From contig PDIP01000037.1 in the NCBI GenBank assembly GCA_002811645.1, positions 1-64,000 of the forward strand: a DNA stretch of 64,000 nt. Direction: 5' to 3'. How positions within the stretch are numbered: position 1 is the first letter of the stretch; every line of letters begins with the position of its first letter. The notes beneath the pieces are model-generated. The model worked only from the letters and a program-made list of their open reading frames with translations. It ran no database searches and was not told the origin of the DNA. A program made the translations under genes and the position numbers. This stretch comes from Corallochytrium limacisporum Hawaii. Taxonomy: Eukaryota; Protista; Pluriformea. Below, one piece after another: positions 1 to 11,196 of this stretch.

Positions 1-657
1 CCCCACCCCGGGGCACGGTGATTTTTCCCCCTTTCCATCCCACCGCGCAACCACCGTTGACACAGCAGCAGCACTGAAGTCTGTCTGTGTGCTTTCTCTA
101 CTTGTTCTCGCGGTGGCGCTTTGCTGGTTGCTGACAGGGGGGAACGGACTGTGGTCGCTCGCTCACTCGCTCCAGGTGTGTGTGCGCCGCGTGACACAAG
201 ATCCGTGCCGTTACCCCGTGAGGCAAGAGTGACGGTTCAGTGGTCTTTTCTTTGGTGGAATCGCGGAAGGCAAAAAATTGCCTCCTGGTACACCCCGGGC
301 CAGGTGTGCGAGGGCCAAAGCACACACAGAGCGATAATTGAACGGGAAGAAAAGGGGGGCAGAATGAGGAGGGGAGGGACCGGGAGGATTAGAAAATGCA
401 TATACTGACCTCTGCATTATTGCGTCACGAGGCGAAGCCGGCAGAGGTTTACGTTCGAGTGGGTTGAGGATGTACATACTGGTGGATTAGGATGTGATGA
501 AGTAGTGGTGGTCTATTGGAGGCCGTGTTGGGTGGTACAAGTTCTCGGTATCCATGTCCAGATATTGTGATCTGCCGGACAGCTATGGGCAGAATACGCG
601 GTTGGACACAGCTTTGACAGCACACGGCACACGACGTGTGCAGATCAAAAGCATACA

Positions 658-3600
658 TTAGGAAGTCTGATTAGAGGGAGAGAATGCGTCTGGGCGCGTG
701 ATCTTCCTGCGGTCCCGCAGGGACCGCCTGCCCGTGGACGCAGGGATACTGTCCGTTGAGGTCACTGCGACAGCAGCTGCTGCCGCCGCTGCGGCGGCTG
801 CTGAGGCCGCATCCACAGCTGTGGTCTTCCCCTTTCTACCACGACCTTTGCTCGTGGGTGCCGTCGTTTTGCCACTTGTAGTAGCATTGTCAGCTGCCGT
901 GGCTGCCTTACCACGCTTGCCCCTCTGACGAGGGCGGCCGGGAGAAGGCGGTGGTCCCGAGGCAGAACGTGGTGTCATTTCCGCCACGCTCGCGGCCGTC
1001 GCGGCTGCAGTGACCTCGTTTGCCTGTGCTAGGGCAGCAGAATCCAGGCTAAGGGCGTCAGCGACGGCCTTGGCTGCTGCAGCTGCCTGGGCTTCGGTAC
1101 TGGATTTCGTCTTGGGCTGGCGTTTCTTAGTTCCAGCGCGGCGCGTGACCTTTGGCGAAATTGGCTTCGACGACGGTGCTCCTTCAGCAGCAAGTGACTT
1201 CAACTCCTGTCGGCGCTTTGATGCCTCTGAAGAGGCCAATGCGGCCGTAGTTGCAGGAGACTTCAGTCCACCGGCGGTTGCCGTCTTCGGTGCTTGTTTT
1301 AATGCTGACTGCACAAATTCGGCCAGTGGCGACTTTGCCTTGACTGGGCTCTGCTGCTTTCGCATCGGTGAGGTTACGTCGTCTGTTGGTCCCAATGGTT
1401 TCATGCCCATACTCCGCTTCTGTGGAGTAATATTTGTAGATGGACCAGGAGGCGGAGACTCATCCATGGCGGAAATATCGGCCATCATCGGGGTAGAAGA
1501 TTGGTCAATGGTGGCGGCTCGAGCCTGTCGGTGCTTCAGAGCGGACGCTGGTGATGACCTGGTGGCATTGTTCAGAATGTGGTCACGGATACGCTTCTCC
1601 TCGGCTTGGCGCCGTCGTTCACGGGCACGGTCTTGTACCTGCATGGCATTGGGAAACAGAAGGTGGTCAATGTCTTCCCTTTGGTCAGCGCGAAGGACGT
1701 TCGGCAAAGACAGAAAGGCCAGGCGTGCTGCCAGCAGATGTGCCTGGGTTTCCATTGCGTTCAACTGTTTCAGAGGACCCGGCGCTGTCTCACCAGTATC
1801 CATGTCGGTAGATTCCTGGCCAGCATCCTCTGCGATCACCTCCTCGGCCATTTCTGAAGCCAAGGCAAACGCCGCGGCAGCACGACCCAGGCCGTCGAGG
1901 AGAACAAACGCCATGTCGCGTTCTTTGGCGGTGCCACAGCTGCTCAGGTACTCGATAAAACGTTCCATCTCCTCGTCGGTCAACATTAGCCCCGTTACAT
2001 CCCGCAAACAACCGCCACGGCGGCAGAGATCAAAGAAGAGGTTGTAGATGGACTTGCTTAATTGCTTGACACCTTCTTCAACTTCGATACCAAAGCTTCG
2101 GGATGCTTCATCAGCGTTGGCCATTTCCACCGCAGCAAAGCGCCGGGTCTCACGCAGGGCATCCACCATGCGTCCGTGGCTGATCATAGCTTCCAAGCGC
2201 ACCGCCACACTCCATGTATTCTCAGCATCTTCGTGATTAAGACCAACGGCAAGGGCTGGCATGCCACCTAGAGGCAGCATGGGCAACGCCTCAAGCACCT
2301 GACCAAGGGCCGGATCGCGCATGCGGTCCAGCAGGTCCGCACTTGTCAGGAATGGCAAACCAGTGTGGACGCTCTCCAGCAATCCATTGCGGATCACTTC
2401 GTAGCGAATACGGTGCAAGATCGTAGCCTGCCGTTGTAGCTCGTCCTTGGATCCGGTTGCATGCATCGATGAAAACGAAGTGCCCGTGTGCAGGTCGTCA
2501 TTGGCGCCCAACAAGGCAAAAAGAATAGAATCGTACAAGACCATCGCAGTCAGAAAGTCGTTGACGTTACGGTCGACTGAAAGTTGTTCGGCCTGCGCCC
2601 CCATAAACGCCCGCAGGGTGCTCAGATCGTGCCCTATGTCTCTGTGTGGTGCTAATGGATTCTCATCGGAGCCATGGGCCAAGCCGACCAGGTAGAGACT
2701 TAGGTGCTGGGCAACCGATGGATTGGTCACAGGACTGAAACTGGCCCCCTTTACCGAACACAGCATCAGAAGCCCCAGTCCATTCATATTGCGCATTTGT
2801 CGCAGTAGCGCGCGATCGCCGGTTGGTGCTAGCTCCTTCGCCAACAGTCCAACCAACAGAGGCTGAGCTTCAGTCTCAATGGCTTTCAGCAGAATCTTGC
2901 TACAATGAATCAGTTTCGACTTCGGGACCACATTGGTGTGCAAGTAGCCGATTGCAGCCAAATGTGTGGCATGCGTTTCTAAGATACGTGCACGATCGCT
3001 GAGTAGTGCGTTCTGGCGCAAGTGCTTCATATACGGATCCTGCTCGGGGCCCATTCCCTCCGACGGGCCAATGAGGCGTTCTAGAGCACGATATAGAGCA
3101 GCCAGGCTGGTGCCGACCCTTTGCCATTGTGCCATTGCCGCTGCAGACCACTGTGTTACAGGCGTGGACTCTGCTCGTCCGGCCATCACGCGCTCTACTG
3201 CTTTCTTTTTCTTGGCTGCTTCGGTCGAAATACCACTGTCCTTGACATCGGCCAGGTGCTCGAGCAGGGTGTCAAAGGTGCGAAGCCAGTAGGCAGCCCT
3301 CTGATCAGTCCATACTCGCAGCTGGCGTAACGGAGCCGCCTGCTCCGAGGGCCAGCTCTGGACGTCCTGAACAACAACTCCAGCACTGTTCTCAATGAAA
3401 AAACACAGGTCCAGCAAGAGAGCACGCAGGGGAACGTCGTGTTCCCGTACCCATTGGTTTGCTCCGTATGAGTTTGCCGGCGGCAGATCCTCCACGGAAC
3501 CTCCCAATAGGGACAGCACATCGTCTCCAGCAGAGAGTTGCGTGTGGGTCTGGTATAGTTTCTCGAGACGACGCACTGACGGCGTGGATCGCAGGCGGAG

Positions 3601-4962
3601 CAGAGCCGTGTATGTGTCGTATAGCAGTGCATTGTCTGTACTTAGTACGGTCGAGTCCGTGTTCATCTGGCTCAGGAATTCCTCCAACGGGTCGCTCAAT
3701 TCTACGACTGCCGTGTAGGTTGAACTGGACAGAGTGCCGCAGAAAGCAATGAGGTCAACCCGCTCACCATGTCTGTAGATACGGTGCAAAGCCAGCCGCC
3801 CATTAAAATCATGAGGCAAGGGGTACGTGTAGAATCGTACAAAGCTGGGCGCATCGCTGGCATTTTGCATAGGCAGGATGTTGAAGACAGCGTCCATATG
3901 CCCACCATCCTCTGCAGACAATTCTATAATAGAAATGGTAGTGGAGTCCGCGTGCTCACTTACGAGGTACACGCCCTCTGGTGCCTTTTTCAACCGATTT
4001 GGTACCGTTCGACCTTGAGCCACGATGACAGGCAGTACACGAGACGACGTCTCTGTCAAGCTCCATGCCTTACCACCCATCACCGAGGACCCTTGGACCC
4101 CGAGCAAAATGACAGACCCGCCTTCCTCGCTTCCGAGTAAGAGATATCCCGCTGATAGTGTCTCAACAAATTGACTCGACAGTCCTCCGGACCGGATCAA
4201 AGACTCGATGTTTGCAAGAAACTCTGAAGTCCGCACTGTTCCCGCAAAAGTCAGCGGTTGACTATAGCGCCGTGTGCGCAAGTCCACCCGGTAGATATCA
4301 CACGTCTGTGTAATCACTATGATTTCCACATGGGGCGCTCCTGCTTCCCAAGCTAACTTGGCTGTCGGGTGGACAGGATCCACCCTGAGGGCCATTTCGT
4401 CAGCACAGCAGCTCACAGCAATGGAAGGCAGTACACCTTCGTCCAAGACGACTTGAAGATTCAGTTCAGCTGTGAGCACAAAGACACTCCCGTCGTAGCA
4501 TGTCATAGCTGCGATTCGTGCAGTTCCAAAAGGTTCGTCAACAGCCGGAAGTGCACAAACAGCCCCGATAGTTTCCGCAATGGCAATGCTGCGGACCACA
4601 ATGGTGTCCTTCTTTCGGCTCAAACACACTAGGCAGGTATTGTAGTATACAGACGGAACCTCATCGTCCACATTGATCTGCGTTTCGTAGTCCCGAATGA
4701 GAAGGAGCAAATAATCCTCTGTCCTCCTCCTACCATCCTTACCCTCTACGATGGCTACTGGTGCCACATGCTTAAGATCTTTTGTGCTACTAATTGAAAC
4801 TAAGGTTGGATAGGTCCATTGGTCTTCCACGGGTTCTAGGCTGGATGTCGGTGTGACAGTAACAGCACCGTCCTCTCCAACCCACCACGCATGGTTGCTA
4901 AAGCGGGCTCTTCCGTGAAACAGCACTTTGCTATCAGGACCTGGTGTTGCGACAGGCGACAT
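658..4962 (-). CDS. ELYS/AHCTF1-like nuclear pore assembly factor
   Basis: ~1434 aa from the first ATG (MSPVATP). Beta-rich N-terminus, helical ELYS-like region (GRMVDALRETRR...LMLTDEEMERFIEYL), basic low-complexity tail with AT-hook-like PGRPR/KGRGRK. Confidence 0.6.
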   Translation of the reverse strand: MSPVATPGPDSKVLFHGRARFSNHAWWVGEDGAVTVTPTSSLEPVEDQWTYPTLVSISSTKDLKHVAPVAIVEGKDGRRRTEDYLLLLIRDYETQINVDDEVPSVYYNTCLVCLSRKKDTIVVRSIAIAETIGAVCALPAVDEPFGTARIAAMTCYDGSVFVLTAELNLQVVLDEGVLPSIAVSCCADEMALRVDPVHPTAKLAWEAGAPHVEIIVITQTCDIYRVDLRTRRYSQPLTFAGTVRTSEFLANIESLIRSGGLSSQFVETLSAGYLLLGSEEGGSVILLGVQGSSVMGGKAWSLTETSSRVLPVIVAQGRTVPNRLKKAPEGVYLVSEHADSTTISIIELSAEDGGHMDAVFNILPMQNASDAPSFVRFYTYPLPHDFNGRLALHRIYRHGERVDLIAFCGTLSSSTYTAVVELSDPLEEFLSQMNTDSTVLSTDNALLYDTYTALLRLRSTPSVRRLEKLYQTHTQLSAGDDVLSLLGGSVEDLPPANSYGANQWVREHDVPLRALLLDLCFFIENSAGVVVQDVQSWPSEQAAPLRQLRVWTDQRAAYWLRTFDTLLEHLADVKDSGISTEAAKKKKAVERVMAGRAESTPVTQWSAAAMAQWQRVGTSLAALYRALERLIGPSEGMGPEQDPYMKHLRQNALLSDRARILETHATHLAAIGYLHTNVVPKSKLIHCSKILLKAIETEAQPLLVGLLAKELAPTGDRALLRQMRNMNGLGLLMLCSVKGASFSPVTNPSVAQHLSLYLVGLAHGSDENPLAPHRDIGHDLSTLRAFMGAQAEQLSVDRNVNDFLTAMVLYDSILFALLGANDDLHTGTSFSSMHATGSKDELQRQATILHRIRYEVIRNGLLESVHTGLPFLTSADLLDRMRDPALGQVLEALPMLPLGGMPALAVGLNHEDAENTWSVAVRLEAMISHGRMVDALRETRRFAAVEMANADEASRSFGIEVEEGVKQLSKSIYNLFFDLCRRGGCLRDVTGLMLTDEEMERFIEYLSSCGTAKERDMAFVLLDGLGRAAAAFALASEMAEEVIAEDAGQESTDMDTGETAPGPLKQLNAMETQAHLLAARLAFLSLPNVLRADQREDIDHLLFPNAMQVQDRARERRRQAEEKRIRDHILNNATRSSPASALKHRQARAATIDQSSTPMMADISAMDESPPPGPSTNITPQKRSMGMKPLGPTDDVTSPMRKQQSPVKAKSPLAEFVQSALKQAPKTATAGGLKSPATTAALASSEASKRRQELKSLAAEGAPSSKPISPKVTRRAGTKKRQPKTKSSTEAQAAAAAKAVADALSLDSAALAQANEVTAAATAASVAEMTPRSASGPPPSPGRPRQRGKRGKAATAADNATTSGKTTAPTSKGRGRKGKTTAVDAASAAAAAAAAAAVAVTSTDSIPASTGRRSLRDRRKITRPDAFSPSNQTS

Positions 4963-5519
4963 ATTTCGGTTTTGGTGTTCGTGGCAGATAGCGCCTAGAG
5001 AGCTTGGACCATTCACGACATGCTTTGCTTGTGACAGTGATGTGTGTTTGGCTTTCCCGGGACGTTTTGGCTACGAATCACCCAGTTTTCTTCAACATTT
5101 CAGCCAAAGGATACTGTTTCCGTATACCCGATCTACTTGCTTAAATACAAATGAGTATACACATATGCGTACATACACGCGCGGTGTATGGCACTGGGAT
5201 GACACGCAAGTATATGTCGTCTATCCATGCAATCACTTCCCCCCGTCCCCATATTGCTCGCCACACGGGGTGCAGCTGGAGGTGCCTCGGGCGTTGGGAA
5301 TGCACCAGCTTTTGCAGGCCCTTTGATTCACTGCCACCACCAGTACACGTCCCAACGAAGAAAACAAAGCGACAAAAGCCGCGAGGAGACGAAGAGAGCA
5401 AAGAGGGCGGGCCGAGCATAAGGGGCACACAACGGCCACGACGCCCATGATTTGATATACTTTCCAAGGGCTCCATGAAAGACGGTGTTTCCAAACGCGC
5501 TCCGCTTCCCCACCTTGTT

Positions 5520-5900
5520 CCCCATAGTGAAAGGAAACAGGGCCTGCTGCAATAGAAAAGTTGGGGGAGAAAGGGGGGGGACTCTGGGTATACCCTCACA
5601 CCGAAGGGTCCGAAGGGCAAACGAAAGGGAGCAAAAACAGAGAGACCAAACGGGGCAACCACCTTTTCGCTGGGGCACCTCCCCTTCCTTGAACCCCCTT
5701 TGCATTTTTCCCGCGCAAAGAAGAGCCGGTTGTTTCAGTATCGAAAGCGGTACCCCAAACAGAGGCCCGGTTGCACGGGTACCCACCCACTGGCTTTGTG
5801 ATGGCCGCCCTCTGCTGGGTGACCGTCAGGATCCACTGAACGGCGCTGGTGTCCCTCTCGGCCGAGAGATTTCCCGCCCTTAGCAATAGCGGCGGGCCCC
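5520..5900. promoter_or_regulatory. Bidirectional promoter core between ELYS and CLASP
   Basis: Divergent genes; G-runs, A/T runs and two CCGGTTG copies (5726, 5767), the same signature as other gene heads. Confidence 0.5.
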
Positions 5901-6260
5901 ATACCGAAGTCGCTGACGGTGGTGTGATCTCGGTGTGCATGCAGTTGAAGGGTACTTCAGGGCGTTTCTCTCATGTGTGTACCCGTATCTGCCACACAGA
6001 TTTCTTTTTCGTACGTACCTCGTGACCATTGGTGAAAAGGCACAGAATTCAGCTGCATGTACTCTTCTGTATCACCAGGCACCGTGTGTTTGATTCCGAA
6101 TTGGTTTTGCAAAGAGCACCCTACTTGGATCAGAAGATAGCCAATATTGACTTCACTGGGTTTGTAGACACACCATACAATAGAGCAATTCCATACGGCA
6201 ATGAGAATACGTTGATGAATCCGCAGAGAGATTAGAGAATAGTCATCAACCTTTATCATA

Positions 6261-9200
6261 ATGCCAAGTGCAGATGGTGTTGGGTCTGTGAGAAGGACAA
6301 CTGTCCGTCGGCATTACAGTAAGTCGCCGAGTCCTACGAGACTTCCGCGTACTCCTCTTGGGGTTAGTAATGAACAGCAAATACCTGCCGTAGATAACAG
6401 TGATGTTCAGAATGACTATTTAGAGTGTACAGGTTCTGATCATGAGAACAGACTTCCCAGTCCGCAGGGAATTCACAAGACGAGTGACACGCCATTGGGA
6501 CAGCATTTAAATGAGTTTTTCAAGGGTAGTAGACTCAGTAACGCGTCTGACTGGCGCTCACCCGACCGCGACGCTACACTACAGAATGCTACGTCATCTT
6601 CAGTGCTTGGTGGGCAGTCGGTCGTGGACACTCCAGTTAGTGGAATTGCAAGTATTCACAATGCTAATACGACTGTACCAACAACCGTATTGGCAAGTGA
6701 AATGTCAGATAACGGGATGTCTCAGAATGCAACGGCAGGAACGTCTGCTGGACAGGTCCCTCATCAAGTCGTAATGGGTAATGCTACTCCATCTATACAC
6801 CAGCAGACCAGAAGGTATGGAAGCGGTGGTATTGAGGACCTTGATGACGATGCGAACAGAAAAGCCGAACGGGAGCCCACCTCTACGGAAGAGGACATCT
6901 ATGGAAGTATGGGTAGATACGGAGAGTTTGTGCTAGCACTGAAGAAAGCAGACGGCAATGCGACTGGATTGCTTACTGTTGTAGATGCAATCTATGCGGC
7001 TCTATGTGGGTTCGGAGGCAAGGAAGCGATGGAGGCGCGAAATGCCCTGATCGATCACATTGCTGATGATGTGCGCGGTGGACTGACACATCGGCTTATT
7101 CCTCTAACAAAATCAACCCTGCCCAAACTAGCGGCTGCATCCTTCCGGTGCCTCAGTATTATTGCGTTGGATGTCCCAAAGGCATTGCTGGATGCGAGAG
7201 AAAGTTTGAGTGCCGGGTGTGCGTCTCGATTTGGTGACACAAATGCAGCGACTGCCACGGCTGCTTTTGAATGTTTCCAGTCCCTGCTGCCGAATTTGGA
7301 CTATGATCACATTGTAAGTGCCTTGGGCATCGGCCTCGGAAAGCGTTCCCCACGATCACACGAATATTGCTTGAATATTCTGAAGTCAAGGGTGCGTAAC
7401 AACGCTGTCGAAGGCGCACAGATGGTGAAGGTTCATGAGGAGATCATCCGCGATATCAACGAAGACAAATCAAGCACGACAACCATAAGAAATCTGTGCA
7501 GCGATCTTCTGCAGTTGATCTCTGGCGATGGCAAGGGTTCTAAAGCTCAGTGTTCCACCCCAATGGCTGCGCATCACATGTTCAATCACTCATCACCCGA
7601 ACTGATAAGCAAGAGCCCTCCAGGTCCTGCGTTCTTGGCCAGTGCTCAAGCCCATCAAGAGGCTAAGGGGGTCAGTGGATCTGCCGCGGACCGCCTCAGC
7701 ACCATGTCCACAGAGCAGGAAGAACGTCTTCTCAACTCAGGCAGCTTAACTGGCACAGATGAGGCAACCGGTGGTGATGGACACCTGGGAACTGGTAGTC
7801 TCGAGGCGCACGCATCTCGTGATAGGATGGACGTGATGCCGGCCCTGAAGCCATTGACCAAGGCAAAGAGCGACATTGCCATAAGTGGAGAATCTAGCAA
7901 GGGTCTTCATAAGCGTACTGAAAGTGCTGGTGGCATCCCAAGTATGCCTCGTTCTACTGCTTCCGCGTCGTCCTTGACTGGAGTAGGCCGGCGCCCCAAC
8001 TCAGCCGGGTCTGGTCACGGACGCTTGGATCGTGGCAGCGGGCTGAGCCAGAGCCAACGATCGTTGAGCATGCACTGTGTGTCATCTCAGGGCTCTCTGT
8101 CGCACGTGACTCTGCTAGATGTACAAGAGTTTGAAGACTTTAGTGACGTGGCCGTCATTCAGATGACCAGTGCTCGTGCTCTAGAACAAGATTTGCAACA
8201 CATCTGTGAGGATTTGAACAATTCCAACAAGGATTGGGAGCAGCGGAGTGCGTCTCTAAAACGTCTGCGAGGCCTCGTGCTTGATGAAGGAGTACGGAAT
8301 CATTCTGTATGGAATGCCAACCTCAAGGACGTGACAGAAGCGGTTGCAGCCGCAATTGCTGACCTGCGGTCCACGCTTGTGCGTGAAGCCTGTGCTACTG
8401 CCTGCTGTTTTGCACAAACTCTTGGTCACAACTACGAGGCCGAGTCTGAGTTGCTCCTGCCGGCTCTACTGCGGCAGGTGTTTGTGCGGACCAAGATTAT
8501 AGCCGAGTCTGCTCACGTCTGTTTTGTGCAGCTCATCCGCTACTGTCAGGGTGGACGCTATATTCCGTTGCTGCACCAAACGCTGCTCAAGTCACGCAGC
8601 GCTACTCAGCGTAGCCGTGCTGCTGAGTACCTTTTCTTGATCCTAGAGGATTGGCCGGCCCGCGAGACTAACAAGGCGCTTGAGAAGCAGCTAGGTCTAC
8701 TCGTGGAGGCTGTCAAGTCTGGTATCACTGACGGTGATGTACAGACCCGCGCGCACTCTCGAATGGCTTTCTGGGCCTTCCATCGGCTGTTCGGAATGCG
8801 TGCGGAGACCCTGCTCAATGAAATGGATTTGCGGCAGCAAAAGACTTTGTCACAGAGCCGTCGTGAGTACCAGAAGCAGCGCGCTATTCGGGAGGGTGAT
8901 ACAAATGCTGCCCTGGCAACTTCACTCCATGATTCTCCGTCCTCTGCACAGCCGCAGCAGCTCCGTGCTGCTACTGTAAAGCGGGCTGTGTCCGCCCCGC
9001 GATCCCGCACCGCCGCTTCGTTGAACACGGTCCCTTCGGAGAACGTGCTGGACGATTCCGCCACCACAACCGGCGTCAGTGGCAAGATCAAGCCTCGCCT
9101 TGGATCTCTTTCCACGTTGGCCACCTCGGAGCCTACACCGTCAGAAGAACCATCGTCTTCTGGAGGCGATGTGGTCCGGTCCGCGGCCACTCCAGTCGCC

Positions 9201-10877
9201 ACGCACAAGGCTGCTTCCATGAAGACGCGGTCGTTGATTTCGGCAGATCGCCGTCGTGCCAAGGCACAGCGTGCAGGTAACGTTTCTGCAACAGGAAGCA
9301 AGTTCGACGCTGCGCCTGTGACCATTGTGGCTGGCGGAAGCCGTTCGACTCCAAACATTAAAGCGGCAAGCAGCGTCTCTTCTGTCGCCAGTGCTGCTAC
9401 AGGTACTGCAAGTGGGCCAAGCACGACCACCATCGGACCGCGTCGAGTGCAAACCTCGAAGCCCGCAGAAAATTTGCACCAGCCGGTGATTAAGGACCAA
9501 AGGCCACGATTAGCTGTTGCAGCTGAGCGAGTACCGAAGCACATGCCCCCAACCACCAGTGTTACAGCGCCTACTGCTGTCCCCGCAACACCACAGGCTC
9601 CCTCTAGCGCCGCAGAGAAGGCTTTGAAACAGGCGTCCGCCTCTGCAACGACAAGCATAACTGCGGCAAGTGTGAGCAGTGCGAACACTGCTAGCGAAGT
9701 AGTGAAGTGGTTGTCTGCCCTACGACCGTTTGCCACTCCGCACGGACCTCGGGGCACGGGTAGCAGCCCGCGTGCAAACACCGTAAGCGATGGTGCCGTA
9801 CAAAGCGCTGAGGACACGCTCCTTGAACTAATTGTCGTAGCCCGAGAGTCCAAGGCAGCGCTGTGGGTCGCCAAGCTGCCGTCTGGAGCGCTGGGTGCTA
9901 CAGGAGTACGTGCCGTGTCGCCAACAACCAAGGGAGGGGTGTCCCGATCGCCGTCAACCAAGGGCAGTGAACCGCCGATGACTGTTGGAGTCAGCCTCCT
10001 TCGCACCGTCAGCCACATGCTTGTGAGCAGTACTTCAAAGTCCAAGCTGAGACAGCTATGTCTGCGCGTCCTGCGCAATGTGGCGCGCAGTCCGCCGTTG
10101 GTGCAGCAAGTCCTTCTGGCCGGTTGTGAAGGGAACGGAAGTGACGGCGGCAACAGTCTGCAAGCAATCAACACTGAAGCGAGTAAGAAGACTGTCCTGC
10201 GCCTGGCTGTGGCCAATGCCCTAGCTCAGTACGCCCTGCTGCCTGAAGACAAGGCTTTGCTGTCCCAGGTTGAGGTCACAATCGAGACTCTCGCGGACAC
10301 TGTGCCGGCTGAGGCCGGTTTTAGTCTTGCCATTGGACTCCTCACAGACCTCAGTGGGGTGGCTGAGAGCGCCGCAGCGCAAGCATCGACCCCATGCAAG
10401 ATCCCGGGGCCCTCAACGCAAAGGTCCGGTAACACTGTTGGGGCGGCCTCTCCGTCGCGAATTGCCGCGGAGAAAGCACGGACCACACGAGTCAATGCGC
10501 AGCTGGTTCCTTGCCTTAAGTTTGCGACGCGAGTCGTGCAGAAATGCACCCTTGGTCCGGTCACCAAGGACAGTGGCACCCACAACACTTCCCCTGCGCC
10601 ATCAAATGCGAACCTCTTCCGCAAGGACAGCAGCCTGCTACCAGCCCTTCTCCGGCCCGCCACTCCACTCTTTCATCACACCAGCACCGAAGTGAGAATG
10701 GCGGTAGTGTTTCTGCTAGTCGCCCTCCATGCCGCAGTCGGTGACACGCTCATGGGCCACTTGGACGGTCTGAGTGCGAGTCAGAAGCGTTTGTTGAATA
10801 TTTACATTCGGCGTGCCAAGGATGATCAGCAGCGGCAGAGCCAAGGTCGTACACTGTCCAGCGGTGGTGTGAACTGA
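6261..10877 (+). CDS. CLASP: CLASP/Stu1 microtubule-associated TOG-domain protein
   Basis: TOG2/CLASP_N motifs (DWEQRSASLKRLRGL, DLRSTLVREAC, DGDVQTRAHSRMAFW), S/R-rich linker, C-terminal CLIP-interacting motif (STEVRMAVVFLLVALH...LSASQKRLLNIYI). Confidence 0.9.
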   Translation: MPSADGVGSVRRTTVRRHYSKSPSPTRLPRTPLGVSNEQQIPAVDNSDVQNDYLECTGSDHENRLPSPQGIHKTSDTPLGQHLNEFFKGSRLSNASDWRSPDRDATLQNATSSSVLGGQSVVDTPVSGIASIHNANTTVPTTVLASEMSDNGMSQNATAGTSAGQVPHQVVMGNATPSIHQQTRRYGSGGIEDLDDDANRKAEREPTSTEEDIYGSMGRYGEFVLALKKADGNATGLLTVVDAIYAALCGFGGKEAMEARNALIDHIADDVRGGLTHRLIPLTKSTLPKLAAASFRCLSIIALDVPKALLDARESLSAGCASRFGDTNAATATAAFECFQSLLPNLDYDHIVSALGIGLGKRSPRSHEYCLNILKSRVRNNAVEGAQMVKVHEEIIRDINEDKSSTTTIRNLCSDLLQLISGDGKGSKAQCSTPMAAHHMFNHSSPELISKSPPGPAFLASAQAHQEAKGVSGSAADRLSTMSTEQEERLLNSGSLTGTDEATGGDGHLGTGSLEAHASRDRMDVMPALKPLTKAKSDIAISGESSKGLHKRTESAGGIPSMPRSTASASSLTGVGRRPNSAGSGHGRLDRGSGLSQSQRSLSMHCVSSQGSLSHVTLLDVQEFEDFSDVAVIQMTSARALEQDLQHICEDLNNSNKDWEQRSASLKRLRGLVLDEGVRNHSVWNANLKDVTEAVAAAIADLRSTLVREACATACCFAQTLGHNYEAESELLLPALLRQVFVRTKIIAESAHVCFVQLIRYCQGGRYIPLLHQTLLKSRSATQRSRAAEYLFLILEDWPARETNKALEKQLGLLVEAVKSGITDGDVQTRAHSRMAFWAFHRLFGMRAETLLNEMDLRQQKTLSQSRREYQKQRAIREGDTNAALATSLHDSPSSAQPQQLRAATVKRAVSAPRSRTAASLNTVPSENVLDDSATTTGVSGKIKPRLGSLSTLATSEPTPSEEPSSSGGDVVRSAATPVATHKAASMKTRSLISADRRRAKAQRAGNVSATGSKFDAAPVTIVAGGSRSTPNIKAASSVSSVASAATGTASGPSTTTIGPRRVQTSKPAENLHQPVIKDQRPRLAVAAERVPKHMPPTTSVTAPTAVPATPQAPSSAAEKALKQASASATTSITAASVSSANTASEVVKWLSALRPFATPHGPRGTGSSPRANTVSDGAVQSAEDTLLELIVVARESKAALWVAKLPSGALGATGVRAVSPTTKGGVSRSPSTKGSEPPMTVGVSLLRTVSHMLVSSTSKSKLRQLCLRVLRNVARSPPLVQQVLLAGCEGNGSDGGNSLQAINTEASKKTVLRLAVANALAQYALLPEDKALLSQVEVTIETLADTVPAEAGFSLAIGLLTDLSGVAESAAAQASTPCKIPGPSTQRSGNTVGAASPSRIAAEKARTTRVNAQLVPCLKFATRVVQKCTLGPVTKDSGTHNTSPAPSNANLFRKDSSLLPALLRPATPLFHHTSTEVRMAVVFLLVALHAAVGDTLMGHLDGLSASQKRLLNIYIRRAKDDQQRQSQGRTLSSGGVN

Positions 10878-11196
10878 TGGAACCGTCAAGCCATCGTGCT
10901 GCGTGTGACCGAATTCCCGATGATACTTATGGAACAGAAGAATAATCGAACCTAATTGTGAGGCACCAACACCTAGCCGTGAATATCCCTTATAAATGAT
11001 AGAATATTAAATCCAGTCCTTGCCAGGAATGGCCACCGGAGCAAGATCACACTAATTCAATGAGTCGTTCAAAATGAAAATCTATTTGTCAGTCTTTTGG
11101 AGTTTTTGCAGTGGTGTGTTTTGTTTTGCTGAAAAGTGATGGAAGAGATGTTGGTTTGTGCCATTCCTTTATCGTGTCACACTGCGGATTCGCCTT

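Noticed and set aside
8606-10216. 536-aa antisense ORF, and similar ones at 1010-2047, 29558-30523, 50644-51432 and 11269-12018
   Set aside because: Shadow frames of real genes; low complexity, no motifs.
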